From IMG/VR virus record IMGVR_UViG_3300036945_000909: a stretch of DNA of 20,000 nt. The stretch is one strand, 5' to 3'. Made by a program: the position numbers and the translations under genes. Under the pieces are notes generated by a model. The model did no database searches. It was not told the DNA's origin and saw only the letters and a program-made list of their open reading frames with translations. Source of the stretch: an uncultured virus (IMG/VR IMGVR_UViG_3300036945_000909) (taxonomy: Duplodnaviria; Heunggongvirae; Uroviricota; Caudoviricetes). Shown here one piece after another: positions 1 through 9,362 of the stretch (its first letter is position 1; each line of letters starts with the position of its first letter).

Positions 1-2
1 AT

Positions 3-3000
3 GGTAAAAAAGTAGTGACATTTAGAATGATTAAAGAAGGAACACAGATATTTTTTGAAGATGAGAATGAAGATGCTAAATATACTCATATTGGGTATGG
101 TAGATACAAATTAAAAGGTAAGGAAGATGATGATAAATCCCCTACGTTTACCAAAGATGATAGTGGTAAGTATATTCAATCACAAACTCAAACAAACGAA
201 CCTAAACAAGATACTCCGCAGGGAACTGCAGTTAAAGGGGCAAAGATGTTCGCTCATGATCCAAATGTTAAACAACCAACAACTACCGAACCAACTAATA
301 AAGATTGGACTGATGGTAAGGATGGGTGGGAAATATTAGATGACCCTAGATCAAAAGTAAAAAACATTAGAAAATACACCGATGAAGAACTTCAAGGTGA
401 AACTAGTGAATATTTTGATAATGAAGTGACTAAAAAAGTTGCACCAAATGCATTTACCGATGAATCTGATATGATTCAACAAATTAAAGATGCAAAACCG
501 GTTTATTTATCATCTGAAGAAATGCAAAATATGAATAACTCTGATATGGGTGATATTCTATCTGCAAGTAAAAATGGTGGTAAGGATGCAATGTTAAAAT
601 TGGGTAAAGAACGTGCTATTAAATATGGTAAAGATTGGGATAGATTAGAGAAAGGTATTGCAAAAGGAAATGCAGTTCCATCTCCAATTGTATTAAAAGA
701 CAACTCAGGCCAATTACATTTATTAGCAGGAAATACTCGTTTAATGTCATTTACTGCAAGTGGTAAAAAATTACCCGTAAAAATTATTAATTACGATGGT
801 GATTTCCAATACGAAAATTCTGATTCTAAAAAAACTGATGTAAGTAAATACAGCATTACAAATTTAAAAAGAAAAATTAGTGGTTGGGCTGAAAAAGAAA
901 AAGAATTCTTTACTAAAAATCAACAAAGACCAAATTCCGAAGTTCGTAGAACTATTGGTGAAATGATTGCCGATAAAACTAAAGGAGCAATTCAAGCAAT
1001 TAAAAAGATTGCACAACACGAAATTAAAGAATTTAAAGAGGCAGGAGTTGGTGCAACAAAATTCTTCAAAGGAGAAAAATTAACCGATGAAGATAAAAAG
1101 GCTTTAAAAGCAATTGCTATAAAAGTAGCCACAACTGCTCTATTTGGAGCAGTGACAGGTGGAGCATCACATGGAGCACTTGCATTTGGAAAACACGTTG
1201 CAATTGAATTAATTCCCCACGTAGTTGGTGAAACTATTTTGAAGGGAATAGGCAAGGCTGCGATATTTGCAGGTGTAGATGAAGAAAACGAAGAAATGTA
1301 TTTACAGAAATTTGGTGAATTGATTGCTAAAAATATGCAAGAAATGAAAATACCAAGTGATATTCTTCAAAAATCAATTATGACTTACGAAAGTGAAGGT
1401 GAGAAAGAAGAACAATCAGTTAGTGAAAAATATCTAAGTGATTTCAGTAAAGTTGTTAAGGAAATGATTGATGAAGAGTTGGAAATCCAACAAAATGAAA
1501 TGAGTAAGTCACAATTAAATCAGGTTGAAAAATACGCAGAGAAACAATTATCACCCGAAGATATTGAATTTACAAATCATTTCTTTGATAGAGTTAATGA
1601 TGCTAGAAATGGAAAAGAAATTTCGGATGCAGAATTGACTGGGTTTTTCAAAAGATTAGCACGTCATAAAAAGGAATTTAAAGAATTCTTAGAAAAGTTC
1701 CATCAGATTGTTGTTAAAGATAAAAGAAACGATATAAATATTCCATTTGTTAAACAATCCAACCATATCATTGCTAAAACGGTAATGAGAAAGGGTGATT
1801 TCAAATCAACAAATCAAACTTTAACAATTGAAGATAAAATTCCTGGTGGCAAATCTACTGGTATGAATTTATATGATATAGCAAATTATCATAATTGTGA
1901 TATTGATGAATTATCAAATCAATTACAGATTGGTATTAAAGTAGAAATGGAACACACTTCAGATAGAAAAATTGCTGAAGAAATTGCAATGGATCATTTA
2001 TATGAAGACCCTAAGTATTATACTAAACTTGCTACTATTGAAACTGAAGATACTATATCTGAAATCAGTGCAATGGGGGGTTCGTTCCAAAACGATGGAA
2101 ACGCAACAACTGGTAATTCATGGAATGATGATTGGAGTGATTATGATACTCAAGATTACTATTTAGATAATTTAGAAGGTTGGACAACATATAGTGATAA
2201 TCCATCTGAATATGAAAAGAAAAAATCAACCGATCAAGTATTACCTATCCATAATCATGATCATGATAAGACATCAAAATATAATCGTATTTTAAAATAT
2301 GGATTTAAAGACCCAATCCAAAGTTCAAAAGATAAATTAGCAGAAGGATTTACAAAAGGACAATTATTTGCTGGTAATCTTAAAATAGGTGGAGTAGTAG
2401 TTCCAATTGAAGTAGAATTAGTTGGTGCAGATAATAAAAAGAATGCGTTTATTACTAAGGTAATTAATATTGATAAAAAGTATTTGAGTAAATTACCATC
2501 AAATGGTATATTAGAAATACCAGCAAGAATATTTCGATTTGCAGGTGGATGGCGAAAAATAAAATCACCATCTGCATTTGAAAATATAAATTCAAAAAAC
2601 CATAAAGCAGATTCGAGAATTGATAGAAATTTTATCAAACATCACAAAAGTTCAAGTTATACACCTGATATGGGATACCCTGCAGAGTTAGATACTATTG
2701 ATTTTGATGATGCAGATAATAAAGTAGGTCACCAAACGAATAAAAAAGATAAGAAAAACAGAGGATACGAACCAGTAAAAGAATCATTTATAAATGAAGG
2801 TGGTGCATATGGTCATATGAATCATCCATTTGATACTGATATTAATTTAACCTTTGGACAACTTAAAGATATTGTAAACCGTGCATTAGATGGTGAATTA
2901 GAACTTGCTAGAGAGAAAACTGATGGGCAAGCACTTGCAATTAGTTGGGTAGGTGGAAGATTAGTTGCTGCTCGTAATAAAGGACACTTAAAAAATAGAG

Positions 3001-3995
3001 GTGCAGGTGCATTAGATATAAAAGGTGTTGCGGATAAATTTACTGGTAGGGGAGAATTAGAGAAAGCTTACAACTTTGCAATGCAAGACCTTAGTAAGGC
3101 TATAAAAGCACTTTCTGAAAAACAAAGAGATAAGATTTTTAAGAATGGTGCATGTTTTATGAACATTGAGGTAATATACCCAACCTCAGTCAATGTAATT
3201 CCATATGGTCAACCTCTTTTAGTATTCCACGGAACAATGGAATATGATATGGAAGGTAACGCGATTGGAGAAGACCAACAATCTGGTAAGATTTTGGGTG
3301 GTATGATTAAGCAAGTAGAACAAAACGTTCAGGCTAATTATACTTTACAAGGACCACCGGTTCTATCATTACCAAAATCACAAAATCTTTCATCTAAAAA
3401 AGGTGAATACAATTCGAAAATCTCTAAATTACAAAAAGAATTTGGGTTGGGAGATACTGCAGGTGTTGCTGAATATCATCAAGCATGGTGGGAAAACTTT
3501 GTAGATAAAAAATCACCATTAAAGTTAGATAATAATACTAAAATGGGATTAGTGAAGAGATGGGCGTTTGGTGATAAAGGATTTAGAATAGATGCTAAAA
3601 ATATAACAGATACTAAAGTGTTAGATTGGGCTACTAAAATTGATAAAGAAGACCAAGGAAAAATCACTAAAGAAAATTTAATGAAATTTGAAGATATTTT
3701 CTTAGGAGTGGGTGCAGAAGTTCTTTCATTTACATCATCAGTATTGACTGTTAATCCAGACAAGGCTGTTAGAGATATGAAAAAGAGATTAGACCAAACT
3801 ATTAGTGATGTTAAGAAATCAGGTGACCCTAAAAAGATTGAAAAATTAAAATTAGAGTTGAGAAGATTATCTGCAGTAGGTGGAGTTGATAAGATTGTTC
3901 CAATTGAAGGTATTGTATTTGTGTATAATGGTAAAACTTTTAAATTAACTGGTAGTTTTGCTTCATTGAACCAATTATTAGGAATATTTTACTAA
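3..3995 (+). CDS. Large multidomain phage protein, 5'-truncated. Contains a ParB/Srx-like domain, a hydrophobic helical segment, an HFFDR domain, a DUF5661-like domain and a C-terminal EGGAYGHMxHP domain. Putative virion polyprotein.
   Basis: Frame is open from position 3 (GKKVVTFRMIKEG), so GTG at 15 is probably not the true start. Motifs: PSPIVLKD..LLAGNTRL (ParB-like); GIKVEMEHT..IAMDHLYEDPKYYTKL; EGGAYGHMNHPFD..EKTDGQ. Ends at TAA 3993-3995. Confidence 0.8.
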   Translation, partial: GKKVVTFRMIKEGTQIFFEDENEDAKYTHIGYGRYKLKGKEDDDKSPTFTKDDSGKYIQSQTQTNEPKQDTPQGTAVKGAKMFAHDPNVKQPTTTEPTNKDWTDGKDGWEILDDPRSKVKNIRKYTDEELQGETSEYFDNEVTKKVAPNAFTDESDMIQQIKDAKPVYLSSEEMQNMNNSDMGDILSASKNGGKDAMLKLGKERAIKYGKDWDRLEKGIAKGNAVPSPIVLKDNSGQLHLLAGNTRLMSFTASGKKLPVKIINYDGDFQYENSDSKKTDVSKYSITNLKRKISGWAEKEKEFFTKNQQRPNSEVRRTIGEMIADKTKGAIQAIKKIAQHEIKEFKEAGVGATKFFKGEKLTDEDKKALKAIAIKVATTALFGAVTGGASHGALAFGKHVAIELIPHVVGETILKGIGKAAIFAGVDEENEEMYLQKFGELIAKNMQEMKIPSDILQKSIMTYESEGEKEEQSVSEKYLSDFSKVVKEMIDEELEIQQNEMSKSQLNQVEKYAEKQLSPEDIEFTNHFFDRVNDARNGKEISDAELTGFFKRLARHKKEFKEFLEKFHQIVVKDKRNDINIPFVKQSNHIIAKTVMRKGDFKSTNQTLTIEDKIPGGKSTGMNLYDIANYHNCDIDELSNQLQIGIKVEMEHTSDRKIAEEIAMDHLYEDPKYYTKLATIETEDTISEISAMGGSFQNDGNATTGNSWNDDWSDYDTQDYYLDNLEGWTTYSDNPSEYEKKKSTDQVLPIHNHDHDKTSKYNRILKYGFKDPIQSSKDKLAEGFTKGQLFAGNLKIGGVVVPIEVELVGADNKKNAFITKVINIDKKYLSKLPSNGILEIPARIFRFAGGWRKIKSPSAFENINSKNHKADSRIDRNFIKHHKSSSYTPDMGYPAELDTIDFDDADNKVGHQTNKKDKKNRGYEPVKESFINEGGAYGHMNHPFDTDINLTFGQLKDIVNRALDGELELAREKTDGQALAISWVGGRLVAARNKGHLKNRGAGALDIKGVADKFTGRGELEKAYNFAMQDLSKAIKALSEKQRDKIFKNGACFMNIEVIYPTSVNVIPYGQPLLVFHGTMEYDMEGNAIGEDQQSGKILGGMIKQVEQNVQANYTLQGPPVLSLPKSQNLSSKKGEYNSKISKLQKEFGLGDTAGVAEYHQAWWENFVDKKSPLKLDNNTKMGLVKRWAFGDKGFRIDAKNITDTKVLDWATKIDKEDQGKITKENLMKFEDIFLGVGAEVLSFTSSVLTVNPDKAVRDMKKRLDQTISDVKKSGDPKKIEKLKLELRRLSAVGGVDKIVPIEGIVFVYNGKTFKLTGSFASLNQLLGIFY

Positions 3996-4072
3996 TTTTT
4001 TAAAAAAATATTAATTTTTTAGTTTTAATATATGTATATATATTAGAATAAAGAACCTAATATATAAAAATT

Positions 4073-4732
4073 ATGGCAAAAGAGTTCCAAAAGAAATTTA
4101 TGCATCCAACTCGTAGAAAGTTGGTTGATATGGTTATGAGTGGTGGTGATTATGAAAAAACTACTCAAATTGGTTATACTCCTGAAACAATAGAACGTAA
4201 GGTTGGTGATGTTTGGGAAGACGAATATAATCGTTACGAAAAGAAAGAAGGTTATACTTTAAAAACTGGTAAAAATTCTGAAGCATTTAACGATATTAGA
4301 AAATGGTTAAATGAACAAAAAGAATGTAAGAACATTGAATGTAAAAGAGTTAAAAAATCTAAAACAGATTTTAAACTAATACAGAAAACAGGTTATTGTA
4401 TTGATTGTTTAGCAAAAATAGAAACTGACATTAAGTTAAAAGGAATTTGGCAAGAATATCAGGACTATAAAGTTTACACTCGTATGATTATTGAGGGTAA
4501 AATCAAATTAGAACAAATCAGACAATCTTTAGATGAAGTTAAACCATTTTATGAATACATCAATGAAGATGGTTCAGTTGAAAAATGGGAATTACCACAA
4601 TCGGTGGATGAAATCAAAAAAGAAATCAAAGAATTCATCGAAAATGGTGAAATTGAATTAAAGGAAATAGAAGATAAACGTAACGAAGCGTTTGAGGTTA
4701 TAAGAAAAAACAATTATGAACATTATTTGTAA
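4073..4732 (+). CDS. Hypothetical phage protein with putative Zn-binding cysteines
   Basis: 219-aa ORF co-oriented with its neighbours; CKNIEC...YCIDC; helical, acidic C-terminus. Confidence 0.75.
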   Translation: MAKEFQKKFMHPTRRKLVDMVMSGGDYEKTTQIGYTPETIERKVGDVWEDEYNRYEKKEGYTLKTGKNSEAFNDIRKWLNEQKECKNIECKRVKKSKTDFKLIQKTGYCIDCLAKIETDIKLKGIWQEYQDYKVYTRMIIEGKIKLEQIRQSLDEVKPFYEYINEDGSVEKWELPQSVDEIKKEIKEFIENGEIELKEIEDKRNEAFEVIRKNNYEHYL

Positions 4733-4746
4733 AAAAGGATTAATTT

Positions 4747-5130
4747 ATGAGAGACATTAAATCAACCATTTTACTATTAGTCATTATTGGGTTAGCCGGA
4801 TATAATATCTTTTTCACTAAGCAGTTGAGAACGGATATTGATGGTTATAATTCGAAGATTGATAGTATTCAAACCGAAGTTGACTCGGTAGTGTTAGTCA
4901 ACAAAGAATTGGATAGACATATCAATAAACTACATCAAGAAGTTGTAGTAATTGATAAGAATATCGCAGTAGTAACCAAAAAAATAACAACAATAAAGGA
5001 AGAAACAAATGAGAAAGTTAATAACGTTGACAATTATGCTATCCATGACCTTTACCAGTTTTTCTCAAACCGTTACGAAAACGGACTCGATAGTTCCGCT
5101 AAAAGTTCCGGTGGCAAAGCTAGTAATTAA
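4747..5130 (+). CDS. N-terminally membrane-anchored coiled-coil protein (i-spanin-like)
   Basis: N-terminal hydrophobic helix (ILLLVIIGLAGYNIFF) followed by heptad-like sequence; AGGA at 4736-4739; overlaps the next ORF in another frame. Confidence 0.6.
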   Translation: MRDIKSTILLLVIIGLAGYNIFFTKQLRTDIDGYNSKIDSIQTEVDSVVLVNKELDRHINKLHQEVVVIDKNIAVVTKKITTIKEETNEKVNNVDNYAIHDLYQFFSNRYENGLDSSAKSSGGKASN

Positions 5131-5419
5131 GGATATACTTAGAGGTGATGGAGCAATCCAACAATTAGAAGAAACTGAAAAGGTACTTGAATTAACCAAT
5201 CAAAAATTGGTGTTAAAAGAAAATGTAATTTCAGTTCTAAACTCTAAAGTGACAAATTTAGATTATATCATCAAACAAAAAGATGAACAATTTAAATTAG
5301 AACGAAACAAATCTGAAGATTTAATAAAAGAAATAAAGCAAGTTAGACGAACTACTTTTTTATATAAAGTTGGAACGTTTATCGGTGTTATAACTACTAC
5401 TTTATTTTTATTAAAATAA
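5009..5419 (+). CDS. Signal-peptide coiled-coil protein with C-terminal hydrophobic anchor; overlapping partner of 4747-5130
   Basis: MRKLITLTIMLSMTFTSFS/Q signal peptide, coiled coil, C-terminal FLYKVGTFIGVITTTLFLLK; AGGA at 4997-5000. Confidence 0.6.
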   Translation: MRKLITLTIMLSMTFTSFSQTVTKTDSIVPLKVPVAKLVIKDILRGDGAIQQLEETEKVLELTNQKLVLKENVISVLNSKVTNLDYIIKQKDEQFKLERNKSEDLIKEIKQVRRTTFLYKVGTFIGVITTTLFLLK

Positions 5420-5424
5420 ACTAA

Positions 5425-7005
5425 ATGGCATCTTTAAAAGATATAATTAAATTAGAGTATTCTAAATGTGCTGCTGACCCAATATACTTTATGAAAAAGT
5501 ATTGTATGATTCAGCACCCAGTTAGAGGAAAAATTCCATTTCATTTATTTCCTTTTCAGGATAGAACTTTAGTAGAATTCAAAGACCATCGATATAACAT
5601 CGTATTAAAATCCCGTCAAACAGGTATTTCTACTTTGGTTGCGGGATTTTCCCTTTGGAAGATGTTATTTAATCAAGATTACAACGTATTGGTAATTGCA
5701 ACGAAACAAGAAGTTGCAAAAAACTTAATTACCAAAATCAGAGTAATGAATCAATACCTACCAAGTTGGTTGAAACAAGATACGGTAGAAGATAATAAAC
5801 TTTCCCTTCGATATGCAAATGGTTCTCAAGCAAAGGCAACTTCATCTTCTGGAGATGCTGGTCGTTCTGAAGCCCTATCCTTATTAGTATTTGATGAGGC
5901 AGCCTTCATCGATAATATTGAAGAAATTTGGATTTCTGCACAATCTACTCTATCAACGGGTGGTAGTGCGATTATTCTATCTACTCCTAATGGTGTGGGT
6001 AATTTCTTTCATAGAACGTGGGTAGGTGCAGAAGAAGGAACAAACGATTTTAATACCGTTCGATTACACTGGTCAGTTCACCCAGAAAGAGATCAAAGTT
6101 GGAGAGATGAGCAAGCTAGATTATTAGGACCAAAGGGTGCCGCACAAGAATGTGATTGTGACTTTGTAAGTTCCGGTGATACGGTTATCGATCCGGAGTT
6201 ACTTATGTTTTATAAGGAAACTTATGTTCAAGAACCAATTGAGAAGACTGGGTGGGATTCTAACCTATGGAAATGGGAATATCCAAACTACAACAAAGGA
6301 TATATGGTTGTAGCGGACGTTGCTCGTGGAGATGGTGGTGACTACTCTGCATGTCATGTGTTTGATATTGAAACTGCAACACAAGTAGCAGAATATAAAG
6401 GAAAAATGGATACTAAAGATTTTGGTAATTTCTTAGTAGCACTTGCAACTGAATATAATGAGGCACTTTTAGTAATAGAGAATGCTAATATTGGTTGGGC
6501 AGTAATTCAACAAGTAATTGATAGAGGATACCGCAATCTTTTTTATATGAGTAAGGATTTAAAGTATGTAGATGTTCAACATCAATTACATAATAAATTC
6601 AGAGCAGAAGAAAGAGGTATGGTGGCAGGATTTTCTACTACATCTAAAACTCGTCCTTTGATTATTTCTAAATTAGAAGACTACGTCAGAGAAAAATCCG
6701 TAACAATTCGTTCATCGAGATTGATAGAGGAACTATTTACATTTATATGGGTTGGTAATCGTGCAGAGGCAATGAGAGGTTATAATGATGACTTGGTGAT
6801 GTCTTTGGGTATTGGATTATGGGTTAGAGATACTGCACTTCGTTTAAGACAAGAAGGTGTTGATTTAACTAAAATGGCAATCGGTGGAATCCAACAACAT
6901 TCATTCACATTAGATGGTTTCGGTGGCAATTCATCATTAGATGAAAATCCTTGGCAAATGAGAGTGGGTGATAGAAACGAAGATTTGACTTGGTTGATTA
7001 AATAG
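5425..7005 (+). CDS. terL: Terminase large subunit (T4 gp17-like)
   Basis: LFPFQ Q-motif; Walker A LKSRQTGIST; Walker B LLVFDEAAF; coupling motif STPNG; RNase H-like nuclease motifs VVADVARG, VIENAN and NDDLVM. Confidence 0.95.
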   Translation: MASLKDIIKLEYSKCAADPIYFMKKYCMIQHPVRGKIPFHLFPFQDRTLVEFKDHRYNIVLKSRQTGISTLVAGFSLWKMLFNQDYNVLVIATKQEVAKNLITKIRVMNQYLPSWLKQDTVEDNKLSLRYANGSQAKATSSSGDAGRSEALSLLVFDEAAFIDNIEEIWISAQSTLSTGGSAIILSTPNGVGNFFHRTWVGAEEGTNDFNTVRLHWSVHPERDQSWRDEQARLLGPKGAAQECDCDFVSSGDTVIDPELLMFYKETYVQEPIEKTGWDSNLWKWEYPNYNKGYMVVADVARGDGGDYSACHVFDIETATQVAEYKGKMDTKDFGNFLVALATEYNEALLVIENANIGWAVIQQVIDRGYRNLFYMSKDLKYVDVQHQLHNKFRAEERGMVAGFSTTSKTRPLIISKLEDYVREKSVTIRSSRLIEELFTFIWVGNRAEAMRGYNDDLVMSLGIGLWVRDTALRLRQEGVDLTKMAIGGIQQHSFTLDGFGGNSSLDENPWQMRVGDRNEDLTWLIK

Positions 7006-7022
7006 GTAATAAATTAGTTTTA

Positions 7023-7031
7023 TATATTTAT
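7023..7031 (+). promoter_or_regulatory. TATATTTAT putative late-promoter motif
   Basis: Same 9-mer in four intergenic regions upstream of + strand genes. Confidence 0.5.
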
Positions 7032-7049
7032 AGTGTATAGGAGAAAATT

Positions 7050-7526
7050 ATGATAAAATTACAAACACTATTGAACGAAGAATCACCGTGTTGGAAAGGA
7101 TACAAACAAGTTGGCATGAAAATGCTAAATGGAAAGGAAGTTCCAAATTGTGTCCCATCAAAAAACGAATCAATCGATGATGAATACGATGAGTATGATG
7201 TAGAAGATGAGGATGAAGAAGATTTCTTAGATTTTTTAAAAAACTATACAACAGAACTAAAAGAATCTACTTGTAATTGTGTTAATGAAGCAGAATATCA
7301 AGGTAGAGAAGTAAAATTGGGTAAACCAATGCAAGGTGATGTTAAAAAATTTAAAGTATATGTAAAAAATCCTGCAGGAAATGTAGTTAAAGTGAATTTC
7401 GGACAAAAAGGAATGAAAATCAGAAAATCAAATCCTGCTGCTAGAAAATCATTTAGAGCAAGAATGAATTGTGATAATCCTGGACCAAGACATAAAGCAA
7501 ATTATTGGTCTTGTAGAAAATGGTAA
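7050..7526 (+). CDS. Small putative head-associated protein: CWKGY..VPNC module plus basic C-terminal domain
   Basis: 158 aa; AGGAG at 7039-7043; MIKLQTLLNEE leader; PCWKGYKQVGMK..GKEVPNCV; acidic linker; KKFKVYVKN..KVNFG..ARKSFRARMNC..YWSCRKW. Confidence 0.75.
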   Translation: MIKLQTLLNEESPCWKGYKQVGMKMLNGKEVPNCVPSKNESIDDEYDEYDVEDEDEEDFLDFLKNYTTELKESTCNCVNEAEYQGREVKLGKPMQGDVKKFKVYVKNPAGNVVKVNFGQKGMKIRKSNPAARKSFRARMNCDNPGPRHKANYWSCRKW

Positions 7527-7561
7527 AAAAAATAAAAGGTTATAAATTAAAATAAAAAAAT

Positions 7562-9295
7562 ATGGCGGATACTTCGTTTTTTGGCAGATTAAGTAAACTC
7601 TTTCAATCTAAGGCAGTTGTGACTGTTGATAAAGATGGTAAGAGAACGGTCTTTGATGCCGATGAAAGACAACAGACCAATCTATCATCGTTAAGAGATA
7701 GATACACTAAAATTCAAAAATCTTTCTTTGAACAAGCAGGTGGTGCACAATCAATGGCATACCAACAAGTTCGCAGGGAAGTATTTAGAGATTATGATGC
7801 AATGGATTGTGACCCAATTCTAGCATCTGCTTTAGATATATACGCAGATGAATCTACACTTAAAAACGAATTTGGTGATATTTTAACCATTCGTTCTGAT
7901 AATCAAAAAGTACAAGAAGTATTAGACAACCTTTTCTACGATATTCTTAACGTAGAGTTTAACTTATGGCCATGGGTTCGTAATATGGTTAAGTATGGTG
8001 ATTTTTTCTTAGGATTAGAAATTGCCGAAGGTAAAGGTATTGTAAACGTAACCCCTCATTCAGTATATAACACAGAAAGATTAGAAGGACAAGACCCCCA
8101 TAATCCAAATGTAGTTAAATTTAAAATTACTGAAGACCCAAATGGTAAAGTTGAGTATGATAATTTCGAAATAGCACATTTCCGTTTATTAGCAGATACA
8201 AACTGGTTACCATATGGTAAATCAATGATTGAGAATGGTAGAAGATTGTGGAAACAATTGAGTTTAATGGAAGATGCGATGTTAATCCATCGTATTATGA
8301 GAGCACCTGAAAAAAGAGTGTTTAAAATCGATATAGGAAACATTCCACCAACTGAAGTAGATAATTACATGCAAAGAATTATCAACAAAATGAAGAAAGT
8401 TCCTTTCGTTGATAAAAATAGTGGCGATTATAACTTAAAGTATAATATGCAAAACCTTACCGAAGATTTCTTCTTACCGGTTAGAGGTGGTGATAGTGGA
8501 ACTTCAATTGAAAACCTTGCAGGATTAGATTATGCTGCAATCGATGATATTGAATACTTAAAATCTAAATTATTTGCAGCACTTAAAATTCCAAAAGCAT
8601 ATTTGGGATATGATGAGAATGTAAATGGTAAAGCAACTCTTGCAGCCGAAGATGTTCGTTTCGCAAGAACAATTGAAAGAATCCAAAGAACGGTAGTTTC
8701 TGAATTATCTAAAATAGCAATCGTGCATTTATACGCACAAGGTATTACAGATTCTGAAATGACTAACTTTGAATTGCAATTAGTTAATCCTTCAACAATT
8801 TATGAACAAGAGAAAGTAAATCTTTGGTCAGAAAAAGTTAGATTAGCACAAGATATGCAAGGATTGAATATGTTAAGTAAAGATTGGATTTATGAAAACA
8901 TCTTTAAAATGGCCGAAGGTGATCAAACTCGTGAAAGAGGTAAAATCATCGAAGATATTAAAGATAGATTCCGTTATAATTCTATTGAGAATCAGGGCAA
9001 TGACCCAGCAGTGGAATCCGAACCAACTGATGTTGAGGAAAGTTTAGAACAAATCAAAACCGAACTTACAAATAAAGGTGGAAGACCACGTGAAGGAAAT
9101 ACCTATGGTAAAGATAAATCTCCGTTTGGTAGAGACCCATTAGGTGATAAAGAAAATAAAAATGCATTAAAACACAGAACATCTGAAGACCGTGCATTAC
9201 AATATATCAATGGGATTGCAGCAAAACGTAAATTTTTAGCAGAACAAAAAGGTATGTTAGATGAGACTAATATCATCGATGACACGCAAAATTAA
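7562..9295 (+). CDS. Portal protein (T4 gp20-like)
   Basis: LMEDAMLIHRIMRAPEKRVFKIDIGN, EDFFLPVRGG..GTSIENL, YLKSKLFAALKIP and EDVRFARTIERIQ match T4-type portal motifs; lies downstream of the terminase. Confidence 0.95.
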   Translation: MADTSFFGRLSKLFQSKAVVTVDKDGKRTVFDADERQQTNLSSLRDRYTKIQKSFFEQAGGAQSMAYQQVRREVFRDYDAMDCDPILASALDIYADESTLKNEFGDILTIRSDNQKVQEVLDNLFYDILNVEFNLWPWVRNMVKYGDFFLGLEIAEGKGIVNVTPHSVYNTERLEGQDPHNPNVVKFKITEDPNGKVEYDNFEIAHFRLLADTNWLPYGKSMIENGRRLWKQLSLMEDAMLIHRIMRAPEKRVFKIDIGNIPPTEVDNYMQRIINKMKKVPFVDKNSGDYNLKYNMQNLTEDFFLPVRGGDSGTSIENLAGLDYAAIDDIEYLKSKLFAALKIPKAYLGYDENVNGKATLAAEDVRFARTIERIQRTVVSELSKIAIVHLYAQGITDSEMTNFELQLVNPSTIYEQEKVNLWSEKVRLAQDMQGLNMLSKDWIYENIFKMAEGDQTRERGKIIEDIKDRFRYNSIENQGNDPAVESEPTDVEESLEQIKTELTNKGGRPREGNTYGKDKSPFGRDPLGDKENKNALKHRTSEDRALQYINGIAAKRKFLAEQKGMLDETNIIDDTQN

Positions 9296-9312
9296 TCAAT
9301 CATAAAAAATTT

Positions 9313-9321
9313 TATATTTAT
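9313..9321 (+). promoter_or_regulatory. TATATTTAT putative late-promoter motif
   Basis: Intergenic, between the portal gene and the 9363 gene. Confidence 0.5.
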
Positions 9322-9362
9322 AATAGAGTTTTTGAGTATATCAAAATAAGGATTTGAGTAAA

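Noticed and set aside
15..17. GTG start proposed for the first ORF
   Set aside because: The frame is open to the window edge, so the gene probably begins upstream.
127..2166. Alternative-frame + strand ORFs 127-339 and 1972-2166
   Set aside because: Short, fully nested in the large ORF, and with off-frame-like composition (Leu/Ile/Met-rich).
3994..4025. Terminator after the first ORF
   Set aside because: Only A/T-run complementarity with no GC stem; expected by chance in AT-rich DNA.
4073..4732. Terminase small subunit
   Set aside because: Position near terL is suggestive, but I see no sequence motif to support the call.
5425..9295. Intron or intein in terminase or portal
   Set aside because: Both ORFs are continuous, of ordinary length, and show no intein or homing-endonuclease motifs.
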